This document shows positions 12,429 through 25,379 of a stretch of DNA of 64,000 nt, one piece after another. Position numbers and translations under genes: made by a program. The notes under the pieces are model-generated. The model had not been told where the DNA came from and did not search any database. It was given only the letters and a program-made list of their open reading frames with translations. This DNA is from Octopus sinensis (lineage: Eukaryota): positions 164,796,001 to 164,860,000 of the forward strand of contig NC_042997.1 in assembly GCF_006345805.1 (NCBI RefSeq). The letters are read 5' to 3'. How positions within the stretch are numbered: the stretch's first letter is position 1; each line of letters starts with the position of its first letter.

Positions 12429-12716
12429 AAAACAGGAATACTATCAAAGACTAATCGCAACAGATTAAGGGCTTTAACCAAACAAGCGTGATCATGGTTG
12501 CGTGGTTAAGAAGTAGGCTACGCAATCATGTATTTCCAGGTTGGATTCTATTATGAGACATCTTGGTCAAAGGCTTTTTGTGGGGAGAAATTGGGGACAG
12601 ACTATGCAAAATTTCGTCGAACTATATCTGTCTTTAAGGAAACGAAAACATGAAAAAAGCAAGTTTGTGATTCAGGTTCGATTACTGACTGAGTGCATTT
12701 GAACGAGATTATGAGT

Positions 12717-12955
12717 TGAGACGCGTGGCTTAGTGATTAGGGTGTTGGACTCTTGATCGTAAGATAGTGGTTTCGATTCCTCAACCGGGTGACGTGTTGT
12801 GTTCTTGAGCAAAACGTCTCATTTCACATCGCTTCAGTCCACTCAGCTGGCAAAAATGCGTAATCTTGCGACAGACCGGCGTCCCATCCTGGTGGGGAAT
12901 ACATACGCCATGAAGCCGGAAAGCCGGCCCGTGTAAGTCGGTATGACCCGAGAAG
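12717..12955 (+). mobile_element. SINE family C
   Basis: gacgcgtggcttagtgattagggtgttggactc...gtttcgattcc...ttgagcaaaac...cactcagctggcaaaaatg. Confidence 0.9.
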
Positions 12956-13110
12956 ATAATTTTTACTGACTGAATTGTTCCTAGTACTTGCGAAAATGTG
13001 CCTGAAATTCAATGCTTAGTGGGTAATTAGTTAAGGAATGTGTTAACGTTATGAATAAAACGAAACTGGTAAGCTTACATATTCACTTGCTCACACGTGT
13101 GTGTGCGTGA

Positions 13111-13153
<43 letters not shown>

Positions 13154-14235
13154 ATATATATTATATATATATATATAAATACATACATACATTGTTTTCC
13201 TGATATATTTGTTAATGATTCTGCATGAGCGAGAGAAAGAATAAGATGGAAGAGAAGAAAATGAGAAAGAGAGAAGGAAGAGAAGAGGGGGATCGAAACC
13301 AAAGTCGAGAAAGCTACAGGGCAAGAACAAAGAAATGGTATTTTGGTCTTTAAAACTGATATATAACATCAGAGAAAGAAACATTTCCATTAATATGAAA
13401 TACATGCATGAACACCTTGGAACAATGTTGTCAATCTATTACCTCTTCGCGCTCTCTTTCTCTCTTGATGAATAAAACGAATCTGTTAAGCTTACATATT
13501 CGTCTTTATATTTTATATTATTGTTTTTATTTTAATTATATCTTTACCGTTCTGGAGTGATAAAATAACCCTTGTTGGAAAATGTGTGTGCGAGTGCATG
13601 TGTTTGTGTGTATTTATGAATATCATTTGTTTGATGTGGTATTGTTGCATTTGACGTAGACGGGTTTTCCATATGGCAGGGGTGAAAATAGGAGCATCAC
13701 ACTGTCCGTTTTGACACCATCTCCTGACCTATCAATACCCCAAGAGGATACCGTTCTGTTGTAAGTACATTCAGAGTAGATTCCTGGCGTAGGTAGGAGA
13801 GGGGTTACCGTGACCTAACGATACAGGGTTACATTCTACAACCCTTTATAAGTCTAAAATTGAAACGAAACATGTCGGACAATTATCAACACTCTTCTCA
13901 AATATTCTGGTACATTGATCCAACCTAAACCGAAGTCATCGCCGTTGCTGACTTCGACATTCGTAACTCGTCTTTATTCTAATACTCATACTAATGCTGC
14001 CAGTGCTGAAACCGAAAATTTTCACAATGCTCAAATCTGTATATTCCTTGACCAAATCCCCTATTCCCATCCCGGACAGATACATAGACGCTCCAAACAA
14101 TCTCATTCCTTCCTCACCTCCAGTCCCAACCAATACCACACAAACCATTATCGCCTCTGCGCCAACCAAGTCATTCGACAACAGCATTATCACAACTACC
14201 CATCACGCATCCAAATACTACAATCTACACAACGG

Positions 14236-14289
14236 GCACTATGACATTTCAAGCCAGTTGAGAAGGTCGAAGCCTCATCAGTTTAATGC
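14236..14289 (-). ncRNA. Decayed hammerhead-like motif
   Basis: Minus strand: GCAUUAAA-CUGAUGA-GGCU...GGCUU-GAAA-UGUC/AUAGUGC. The core words are intact but the stems are imperfect. Confidence 0.3.
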
Positions 14290-14891
14290 TAAATGTCCGT
14301 GGCAGCTCAAGTGCTTCCTCGTTGTTCCATTAGAAACAGATAAGCGTGTTACTGAAGCTATCCTATCCGACATGTCCTTCATAACCCCCAAATCACTCAT
14401 GTGGGTTACTCATAGCCATTCTGTAACAATTCAGGCAAACAAATACGGCCCACAATATATGGAAAAAGCATTCCCTTTTACAAACAGTACGCTTTTACGA
14501 CTCAACACTGCAGCTCTTGCCACATCATCATCTATAACGGAATGGTGTTTCCGTACATCGTACAATCGGCAAGCTCTTTCACCTTCAACACTGCAGTTAC
14601 TTCTTAGTTGACGAAATCTGATATATACGAATCATGCCCTAAGTTGTGACAGTACTTATGATGCTCCACACTGCATACCTTAATTTTTCATTAATTTATT
14701 TAATTTTCAGTCCTCTCACCCTTACCTTTCTTGATTAGAATGAATTATTTAGCTAATGAACTTTTTATTTCCGCCCCACCATGAATATAATATGAGTTAA
14801 AATTTATTGGTTTACTACATGTCGTAAGCTATGTGTTTTACACACAGAAGACAACTCTGGACATCTCAACCCTTTTCTCTATCAAACTTTT

Positions 14892-15250
14892 ACTTTATCT
14901 TTTATCCTTTACTAGTTTCAGATCCCCTTTTGCCGAACTGCTATGTCATAGGAACGTAAACAAACCAAAAACCGGTTGTCAACTTTATCTTTTATCCTTT
15001 ACTAGTTTCAGATCCCCTTTTGCCGAACTGCTATGTCATAGGAACGTAAACAAACCAAAAACCGGTTGTCAAGCTGTTGGGCTGACAGACAGGAACGCAC
15101 ACGCGCGCGTGCATATATATGACAGGCTTCTGTACAGTTTCCGTCTACCCAGTTTAATCACAGAGCATTGTCGACCAATGCTCTATGAAGACACTTGCCC
15201 AAGGTCTGTGTAGTGGGACTGAGCCCGAAAGTACATGGTTGTAAAACGAG
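14892..15250 (-). mobile_element. SINE family B with an exact 90-bp internal tandem duplication
   Basis: 14892-14981 is identical to 14982-15071; family B words gaagacacttgcccaagg and cagtttccgtctacc follow. Confidence 0.85.
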
Positions 15251-17147
15251 CTTATTTCTTATAATAAATTTGAATATCTACAGAATTTTAAAAAATGTAA
15301 CTGTGTGATGTCCATGCTGCTATCAAGGTTAATATTTGTTATGCTATTTAACCACAACCCAGTCATGACCATCCTGTCTGTCATTCAGTCATCTAAGACT
15401 AACTTAAACAATATATAAGTAGTCTACCTTAAAAAAAAAGAATAAAAATCCAACAAACAAAAACAGTTGGGTGTACTTCAAGGAGAATAGATTCGGCTGC
15501 TATTTCTGACATATCGAGCGATGACGTGGAGACTTTGTAATCGTGTTGAGGTAACTGAAAGCTGAAGCCAACATCAGTGTGTTCTTTCCAAAAACTCTCA
15601 GTAAATGTCTCGTAGCGCTAGGCCACTGGGAATAGTCTATGACGTATACTAATGACGTCATGTGAAATGAAATTATGACAACGTAAAATTGAAACCGAAT
15701 CGCTGACTTAGTTTAGCAGACGCTTGCCTCTTTTCCACGATACTATTCACTATTCAATTTTAACTTTACTATAAAATCAATCCCTTGCTGTTACTTGGCT
15801 GTTGATTTATCATCAATCAACTGATCTTACCACATGTGTTATATTTATTATAACAGCCCATCTCTTTCATTTGTTTCACGTTTAGAATTAACGCTGAACG
15901 TTATTTTACTTTTGTTTCATAAACTTCGTTCCGATCAACATTTGCTTATTTAATTTTCGCTATTAGATTCGCTTGTTTTAATTTACTTTCTGTTCCCTCT
16001 TTCATTTATTTCCTTAATCCCAATATTTTTAACAGATAGCATCTTTCTCCTTTCTATATTTCAATAACGTACTGCTTCTCTTTTTCCCCGAGTCGACATT
16101 TTTAATCATCTATCGTCAATTCTATCTGCATACTTCTTTTTAATTCGAAAAATCTGCCTACCTTCCCAAAGGATTGATGATAAAGGCTATCTACTCCATT
16201 TCTTTTCCCTTCACTCACTCTCTTTCTCTCTCTATTTTTCTGTCTGTCTCTTTTTCACACACACAAGCATACTCGTAAAAAAAAAAGCATAAATACATTC
16301 AAACATCTCTCTCGTTCTCTCCCTATTAGTCTCTTTCTTTTTTTCTTTCTTTCTCTCCCTCCCTCTCTCTCTGTCTCTTTCTCACTCCCTCCCCCGTATA
16401 TGGCCGCCATGCCATTACAACTGCCTACGTATTTTCTTCCTACCTTACGTCGGGTGACTACCGATTAGCTGATAAAATCTTTGCACTGTGTTAACCTTGT
16501 CTTGAAATAACAATAGTTGACATTACTGGCATGTTAAGCTGAAGATACCGTCACTGTTGTCAAGTAATAAGAGCTAACTGTACCACGAATCCAACGAGTA
16601 TGGACATGGCGCGGTGTGAGAGATTAAGTCGGTCAGACCTATAATATTCTCGATAGTATTTTGTTGTAGTATTATTCTCTCCTACCGCCAAACAATCTAC
16701 CGTACACGACACGTCTTTTTTTTTTACTATTTATGTGGAGCTGCTTAACATTATTTCGCCCTCTTATTATTTATCAGTGAGTGGTGAAGAACTAATAGAA
16801 AAGCTAGAAAATGATCAGCAGAAATAATGAAGATAAGACATTTAAATATATAAAGCTACTTACTACTGTAAACATCTTAGGTTTTCAAACCGTTGTTTTC
16901 GTCATATACAGAGGAATTACTCTTGGTATATTTAGTTCAAGATAAACGCATACTCACACAAACATATTTACACAGATACAATATAATTAAATGTAAATAT
17001 ATGTGTACACATGCGCACGGACACACACACACACATACACACACACACATATATATATATATATGCGCAGTTATATATCTATATTGCTGTATGTGTTTTT
17101 ATGTGTGCGCGCGCGTGTATATACATATGTATATATATATATATATA

Positions 17148-17186
<39 letters not shown>

Positions 17187-17365
17187 TGAACATATATGTA
17201 TGTGTCTGTGTACGTGTGTGTGTGTTTATAGATATGCTTATTCATGTATATATACGTATGTGTTTTTAGATTGAATTAATATTCAGTAACATTCACTGGA
17301 TAAAAAGAAAATGACACCATACTGAAACAGTGTCTAAATATTTTAATTCGCTTAAATTGCTGTTT

Positions 17366-17404
17366 ATCGCTACGAAGTTTCGCCCGAGACGACTCATCTG
17401 ACAG
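17366..17404 (-). ncRNA. Minimal hammerhead-like motif (U4A variant)
   Basis: Minus strand: CUGU-CAGAUGA-GUC-GUCUCG-GGC-GAAA-C-UUC-GUA/GCGAU. Confidence 0.4.
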
Positions 17405-17921
17405 GAGTCCTGCACAGCCACCAAACATAAAAATTTTCTTTGAAAAATATCTTTTCGTACTACAGAATGATATAATTTGTTTTCACATGTAATTGTACAC
17501 ACACAGAAATACAGTTTTAATCAGGCTGAAATGGTTTTACGTATAGAAATAGGCTAAAGTTTTGTACCTTTTTAGTTATGCCACAGTAGAATGTTTAGCA
17601 TGGTAGTACATCCTATGCCAACAACCACCATACACCACTGAAATTAAATACAGGAAAGCATTGATATCAATCTAGTGGACGTTGCGCTTCTCGACACCTC
17701 GCCCTACCAAATGGCTTTATGCCAAGTTACAAGTCAGTAATTGACTATACCAAATCTAAGTCCACTTTCAATTTCAGTAAACTGTATCATGTTATAATCC
17801 CGCGGTTAATAAACATCTCTTCGCTGGAAATATCACTAATTTAAACAACCTCGCAGATTATGGACACCTCTTACTTGATGTTTTCATAAATTCTACACAG
17901 CTCTGTAGATGATAACACCAC

Positions 17922-18240
17922 TAGGGCCGGATTAAGATGCATAGAAGCCCTAAGAACTTAAAAGATTTTATTGTCCCCTTATATATTTAATTCAAAATAT
18001 AATCAATAATAAATTGTAAAATGAATTTTATATTTCACAAAATGAAAACTAACAGTAATTTGGAAAATAATGTTTATTTTTGTATAATTCCAGTTTATAT
18101 TTGAAAATTTACTACTTTTTTCTAAATTGTAGTCTTTGATCAGATCCTCAAAATTAATCTTCTGCAGCACATCTGTTTCTATACTTGGTAGAGATAAGGC
18201 ATCTTGAAAATTATTTTCGCAGATTTAAAAGTGATTTCTT
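17922..18240 (-). mobile_element. hAT-superfamily DNA transposon end remnant
   Basis: Terminus tagggccggattaagatgcatagaagccctaag resembles hAT cagggccgg-type TIRs. Minus-strand DALSLPSIETDVLQKINFEDLIKDYNLEKK* (18203-18111) resembles the hAT C-terminal dimerisation region. Confidence 0.6.
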
Positions 18241-18970
18241 TTGTGCCGTAAACCATTTTCTATTTCTGTAGTGCCCTCTTTCTTTGATACTCTAAGCACG
18301 TACTTATTTTGCTTAACGGTTAATCCAGCGTTAAACACCGCTAACCTGGAAACCTCACAAACACCTCATAAGGCCGCCATTTCATTACCACAAGTAGTTA
18401 AAGTCCAAGCAAACGTATTTAATGTAGCAAGTTGAATATAATTTCTAATTAAATGAAATTAAAGGTGTATTGAGAGAAAAAGTCATTAGCTTTAACGACT
18501 ACCTGGAAAGCTGACAGCGTGGAAGCTTTCGAATCACTAAAGTAGAATGTGTGTCTACTATCGATTGTCTTATGGCAATCTTGCTATTCTTAGTATTGCT
18601 TATCTTCGCGATCAGTGATATTCCTGACACATTCTCTGTATTTTCAGACATATTTTTAGCTCAGGCTGCGTTACCCTATGTGTCCATTCCATCGATAATT
18701 TATAAGGCGGTAGTGTGTGATTTGAAAGAGATTTAAATGGTATTTCTAGCAGGTAGAATGACACGAGAGGCACTGTAGTAGGTAGATATTACACAACAAA
18801 GACCTCATTATCTTGATGAAAATTTGAATCACTTGTTTTGTTGTGAAATTATACTAACAGGATAGACACGGCAGGAAGGGAAATTGAATGTTGAAGACGG
18901 GAGCTAGCTTATAATGTTACGCATGCAAGAATGTTACGGAAGAAAACACGGAGGAAAATCTATAGAACAA

Positions 18971-19011
<41 letters not shown>

Positions 19012-19711
19012 ACACACATGCACACAATGTCTGAAAAGAAGTCACAGGGGGAAAGTCACTGAGAAATTTCAATGCTTTTTGTTTGTTTTATCTCAGATAT
19101 TAAATAAAATGTCCTTTTTTCCCTCACATAAGTGTAATACAATTAAATAAATTTTGTGCTCATTGTGTTCAAGACATGTTAATTAATGACTTAAAATCTC
19201 ATTACATAGTTTAATTAATGTGTCTATTTGTGCTATTAAATGGAATGAGAAACTTTTTCTTATGAATTTTAATTTTGTTTTTATTTAGTCACAAAACTGT
19301 GCCATTTCTGACATTTTCCCCCGTGACTTCATTTCCTTTTATTTTTTGTTACATATCTTATAATCTGTATGTTCTAAGGACTGTACTAGTACTTTCTAAA
19401 ATTTTAAGGATGGTCCCATCCATGACACACTATGTATTCCCATATATCATTCTGAGATGCACCGGGACATATTATCAGGGAGGTTTCCTGGGGTCGTTAG
19501 GTGTTTCGGGCCTTTCAACATCAGGCACCCTCTCCAAGGTATCCTAGCAGTGGTTGATCATGCCTTAGCCTGTGTCCAGTTATTACTGCCCATGACAGCA
19601 CTTCCCCTTTCAGGGCTCGCATATCCTAATCCACAGCCACCTTGAAACAACCACCGCTGCCTCCGCAGGTCGACCTGATGTGAAAGTAAAATGTAAAGTT
19701 ACCTTATGAAG

Positions 19712-19941
19712 TCATACCGACTCATACGGGCCGGTTTCCCGGTTTCATGCCGTATATGTTCCCCATCTGGACAGGACGCCGTTCCGTCGCATGATTACTC
19801 ATTTTTGTAGTTGAGTGGACTGGAGCAACGTGAAATGAAATGTTTTGCTCAAGAACACAACGCGTCGCCCGGTTGAGGAATCGAAACCACAATCTTACGA
19901 TCATGAGTCCAACACTCTAAACACTAAGCCACGCGCCTCCA
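19712..19941 (-). mobile_element. SINE family C, well preserved
   Basis: Reverse complement ggaggcgcgtggcttagtgtttagagtgttggactcatgatcgtaagattgtggtttcgattcctc...ttgagcaaaacatttcatttcacgttgctccagtccactc. Confidence 0.9.
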
Positions 19942-20437
19942 CGACGACCTGATAGCATTCTTCTTACTGGCTCCTATGATGCCAAGTAGGATGTAAACTT
20001 TGCAGAAGGACTGACGTACAAACCCTCTACATCTCACCTCAGTGGGATCACACATGGAAATTACACGGTCCACTTTGTGGCGCAAAGTGAGTTTTAAACG
20101 TGTTCCCACCCGGCACTAATATCCTATCATTTCTTTCATAATCCATTTATAAATTTCTTGGAAATCTTGCCTAGCCACTTCGGTTGTGTTTTCTCTTCTA
20201 GCCTGTTCTCTTTTTCTAGCTTGTGCAAAATATTCTTGCCTCTCATCATCGTTCATATATTGGAATTTTGATTAACTATTCTCATTCTATTAAAGTGATG
20301 ATAATATATCGTTATCACTATAACGTAATAGATATCTTTAATTAAACAGCATGTAACTATTAAATACAACATTTTGGGCCTGTGTGTAAACGTAAGCATG
20401 AGTAGTTAAAACAGTTAATTAATGATTCATTTTTATC

Positions 20438-21035
20438 TGCAGGCCTGGCTGTGTGGCTAAGAAGCTTGCGTCTCAACCATGTGATCACAGGTTCAGTACT
20501 ACAGCCTCGGGCCGACAAAAGCCTTGTGAGTGAATTTGGTAGACAGAAACTGAAAGAAGTTCATCATCTGTGTGTGTGAGTGTATAATATAATATAAAAT
20601 AATATATATATGCGTGTGCGCGCATGCGCGCTCGCGTGTATGTGTGTGTCTCGCGCTTGACAACTGGTATTTTGTTTACGTCCTTGTAACTTAGCGGTTC
20701 AGCAAAAGAGACCGCTAGAATAAGTCACAAGCCTCAAAAAATTAGTATTGGTGTCGATAGTGTTACCAAAACCCTTCAAAGCAGTACCCCAGCATGGCCG
20801 CAACCAAATGACTGAAACGTGTAAAAGAGTAAAAAAAGTAATATGTCTGTTGTGTGTGTTTTGCGCTTGACAACCGGTGTTTTGTTTACGTCCCTGTAAC
20901 TTAGCAGTTCGGCAAAAGAGACCGCTAAAATAAGCCACAGGTTTAAAAAAAAATTAGTACGGGCGACCAAAACCCTTCAACGCGGTACCCCAGCATGGCC
21001 GCAATCTAAAGACTGAAACAAGTAAAAGGGTAAAT
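20438..21035 (+). mobile_element. SINE family B with internal deletion and duplicated 3' half
   Basis: The gcgcttgacaac...cagcatggccgca...gactgaaac block occurs twice (about 20652-20835 and 20863-21030). Confidence 0.85.
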
Positions 21036-21924
21036 GTGAAAGAAAAAGAAGAAAAAAAAAAATCAAAAATAAAATATTTTGACCTCGAATAATTTCGTGA
21101 CACACCTGTGCAAATTCGTGACACACTAAAATATTAAGCCACATACTGGAAAACACTGACCTAGAGGTTGCTTTGAAGCATTCAACTAATGACCTCCATA
21201 CTGAATGAGTTTATTTAGAAGAAAAAATAAACAGTTGAAACCGCATTGCAGAGATTAGTTTATTTATAGAGCCGCAAAAATTACTTTTGACTTCTGGAAA
21301 TAGCTGACCTTCAGCAAAGACCAGATCCGCCATACTGTCATATTTGAAATCTTTCTTTGCATTAAATATATTGAGTTTCTTACTTATCATGTGCATATGT
21401 AAAAGATATATGTATCTGGTGTTAGACTGTCCTCAATGAGTTAACAAGGGAACCACGGCGTGGTTTCATCGCCTTGTAGAAATAGCAGCCAAGTTTCCTT
21501 CAAATTATATTCTACAGGCTTATTAAATGCAGAGCATACTGGAAAATGCAATTATAGATACACTATGAGCGAAAGAAAATAATCTACTCGGTTGAGGTTG
21601 ACCTTTTGTCTTAACGATAGGGGAGCCTTTGCGGTTTCTCGAGCTACTAGAGATAGCAACCAGATTTCTTTCAAGGGATCCCTTAATTCAGTAAAATAGG
21701 TAGGATACACAAGACAATGTAGCCCTAGATACACTATGGCTGAACGACAAGAAAAAATCTGCTCGATTGAGACTAACCTCAAGCTAAACAATAATAATTC
21801 TTAAATTTCCAAGAAATGTCAAACTGAATTATTTCTATTATTTCTATTAATGTGGGGAGCACGGGATGTCTATTTTTTTATTTTTTCATTTCTTAGAAAT
21901 AAAATTTCTAAGAAATGTTGATTT

Positions 21925-22092
21925 CAGAATTTTAGCACAAGACCAGCAATCTCAAGTGATGGTGTAGATCAACTGGTACTTATTTTATCGACACCTCACA
22001 AAAGGACTTTCAACTCGGAACATAAAGACGGACGATATGACAATAAGCATTTTGCCCGGCTTGCTAACGATTCTGCTAGCTCATCACCTTAC
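21925..22092 (-). mobile_element. SINE family A (decayed)
   Basis: ctggtacttattttatcgac...aagcattttgcccggcttgctaacgattctgctagctc. Confidence 0.75.
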
Positions 22093-22119
22093 TTTTAAAC
22101 TAGTAATATTACATTTTAA

Positions 22120-22144
<25 letters not shown>

Positions 22145-22154
<10 letters not shown>

Positions 22155-22350
22155 GTTAATCCAAACAAGAAAGCACAAAAAAACAACAACGCGAGGACGT
22201 GGAACAAATATAGTATTATTGGACGCTCAGGAAAGAAGGAAAGAAGGAGGGATTAACGTTTCGAGCGGAGCTCTTCGTCGGAAACATAGGAGAAGGAAAG
22301 ATCCAGAGAAGGGAAGACAGAGGAAAAAGAATCGCCAACGATCTTGGTCG
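22145..22350 (-). mobile_element. Penelope-like non-autonomous repeat with a minimal hammerhead-like motif at 22251-22285
   Basis: Minus strand GUUU-CCGACGA-A-GAGC-UCC-GCUC-GAAA-CGUU/AAUC in a CT-rich context; similar architecture to 51320-51560. Confidence 0.5.
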
Positions 22351-23326
22351 GAATTAGAATATGAGTTGGATATTGTATTGTCAATGATCAGAAACCCGAC
22401 TGTTGATGCACCAAGGTCCAATAAATTTCGTTATATGAACCTACGTCTTCTTTCGTAATTTCTTTAAAGGTTCAATATAGAAGACACTAATCAAACCAAA
22501 CATCTAAAAAAAGAAGCCCATGTTAGAAGGGATAATTAAAAAAAATATGGATAGCAAACCACTACACTTCTCTTTGATAAATCTTTTTCTTATACAAAAT
22601 ATGATAATGGGGTTGTTTGTAAAATATCATTTAATGAAAGTGGGCGTTTAGCTATAAAAGACTAAGAACTACTACTATAGGAACACTCTACTAAAAGTCA
22701 CATCACAAACGTTTGTGTCGTGTGGCTCCTGTGAGAGAATTTCTGCAAATTGTACAAACGCCATTTAATCTTCCAGAATTTGTTCTAGTTTCACAAACAA
22801 TAATCTCAAATTCCACCCCCACCCCACAAAAAACAACAAAAAAACACTGAAATAATAATATTAATTACTATAATGGCTCTTGTTCATATAAAACTGCTTA
22901 TTAAAATTCAATGTCAACCATACTTTCGCACACTTATTATTTGACTCTCATTTCCTACATCTCATTCTCAAATATTTACTCAACTATGTTATATTTAGGC
23001 TGCATTTTTTTCTCTAAAAATTATTCCCTGCACTCATCTTTCTAAAACAAATATCGATAAATTTTAAATATTCACAAGCTCAAATTTGTACAAGGGATGG
23101 GGAGAGTTATCTTCCAACGAATCTGCTCCGTTATTTTTACTGGTAATTATCGTATTGATCAAGAATGCGAAGGGGAGGGAACTGAAAAGAAAGTGTACTC
23201 TGAGTACTACAATTCAAATTAAACTCTCCTCTCTCCAACAAACCCCAACTTTCCAAACTAATAAATTAAATGTTGCGGTTACTTAAGCACGCCATCCTCT
23301 ATAATACAAATTTCCAGCATTTTGTT

Positions 23327-23336
23327 ATCATTATTA

Positions 23337-23388
<52 letters not shown>

Positions 23389-23430
23389 CATCATTTATTA
23401 TTATTATTATTTGTTGTTGTTGTTGTTGTA
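23327..23430. repeat. (ATT/ATC)n(GTT)n microsatellite
   Basis: Directly visible. Confidence 0.9.
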
Positions 23431-23788
23431 ATTGTTTACTTTCGTTTTATGAAACGAATTTTAGTATTAATTTTAAACGAAAGCTTTATTTAGTATTTGA
23501 TAGAATCAAGTCAGTCATAGCTGGTCATTGCGTGCATCAAGTACAGTCACCGGCATAAAAATATGTTAATTTCATGGGTATGCTTCGAGACAGCTTGTTG
23601 AATGACATTGTACCAGAAACTGTTACATAGTGAAAATTAACAAGCTCCAACGCATTCAGTTTAAATGATACTGGATGGTAATAGAGTTAAAATGTTACAT
23701 ACTGAATTATTTATTCATGGCAAATATTTTCGATATTGGAAATACTCGATGACAATAACTTTCACATACCAATAATAATAATAATACT

Positions 23789-24221
23789 CCTTTCTACTGG
23801 AAGCACAAGGCTTCAAATTTGGGGGAAGGGATTAAGTCGACCCCAGTGTGTAACTAGTACTGACTGATTTTATCGACCCCGAAAGGATGAAAGGCAAAGT
23901 CCACCTCGGCGGAATATGAACTCGGAACATAGCGGCAGACGAAATACCTATTTCTTACTACCCACAAGGGGCTAAACACAGAAGGAACAAACAAGGACAG
24001 ACAAACGTATTAAGTCGATTATATCGACCCCAGTGTGTAACTGGTACTTATTTAATGGACCCCGAAAGGATGAAAGGCAAAGTCGACCTCGGTGAAATTT
24101 GAGCTCGGAACATAACGGCAGACAAAATACCTATTTCTTTACTACCCACAAGGGGCTAAACACAGAGGGGACAAACAAGGACAGCGTCAGACGAAATACC
24201 GCAAAGCATTTCGCCCAGTGT
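23789..24221 (-). mobile_element. SINE family A multimer (head-to-tail, three partial units)
   Basis: gaaaggatgaaaggcaaagtc occurs twice and cccacaaggggctaaacacaga occurs twice. Confidence 0.85.
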
Positions 24222-24259
24222 ACAACAACAACAACAACAACAATAATAATAATAATAAT

Positions 24260-25379
24260 TTTGATTTTGATTTTTCCAGTTTCAGCTCATGAGCGGTGGC
24301 CATGCTGGGGCACCGCCATTTGGTTTGCTACATGATTTTACCTCACGAATGCTTTTTAGCAACTGCCATTTGGTGCATGAGAGAGTTCGATGCAGCTGCC
24401 CTCATCTGCACCTCCTGCCGTGAAGTTGGTTCATCCGGGACACCTGACAGGAAGAGATCCAGTCCTACTTTAAAAACATCCGCATCTACACCATGCAGGT
24501 CCCTCAGGTTCTTCGGGAGGATATTGAAGAGCTGTGGGCCTCTGAAGCCCAGGCTATCACAGTATCTTGTCCTACATCTTGATGGCAAATTTGGAGTCCT
24601 TGGTACCACGCAGTGGCGCCCGGTTGTGGCATTTGTGTGACTCTTGATGCCAAAGTTTGGGACAAGTCCTTCCAGGATCTTCCAGATATATATTATGGCA
24701 TATCTTTCTCGCCTACGCTCCAAGGAATAGAGTTTTAATCTCTTGAGTCTTTCCCAGTAGTTTATATGCTGCACAGAGGTTATCTTCTTCGTGTAGCTTC
24801 GTTGGATCGCCTCAAGTTCTGTGATCAACTTGACACTGGATGGTGACCATAGCTGAGAGCAATAGTCAAAGTGGCTTAGGACAAGTGTCTTCCAGAGGAC
24901 CATCATGGTTTCTTGTTCTCTTGTTCTAAAGGTTCTAAGAATCCATCCGGCCAGCCGTCTACATTTCATTGCCAGTTTAGCAACATGTACATGAAAGGTT
25001 GCGTCATCACTCATGTGAATACCCAGGTCACGCACTGATTGTGCCTCTGGGATTGCAATCCCTCCGGGTCCAGTGTATTCATTGGGTATTGCATTCAGTT
25101 TTGCATGCTGATAGCATAAAGCTTGAAACTTTTCAGCATTGAACTGCATGCTATTCTTTTCAGCCCACTTGTATATTTTGTCCAGCTCACATTGCAGGTG
25201 CTTAGTGTCTTCAGGGTTCTATATTGCCTGTGAAACTTTTGTATCATCTGCATAACTTGTGATCGTGGCTCTCTGTGTGGCGGCTGAGGGCATGTCTGAG
25301 AGGGCCATTATGAACAGTAGAGGTCCCAAAACAGTGCCCTGCGGAACACCGATCACTATTTGCGTGTTAATGAAAGTGG

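Noticed and set aside
13994-14611. 205-aa ORF, the longest non-TE ORF
   Set aside because: No recognisable domain, splice context or family; it overlaps a decayed hammerhead on the opposite strand and is more likely a repeat fossil.
15640-15660. CRE palindrome TGACGTCA plus a half site
   Set aside because: An 8-mer is expected by chance at about this frequency in 64 kb; no independent support.
19501-19525. CUGAUG...GGCCCGAAAC on the minus strand
   Set aside because: A9 and the 5' strand of stem II are missing, so it cannot fold as a hammerhead.
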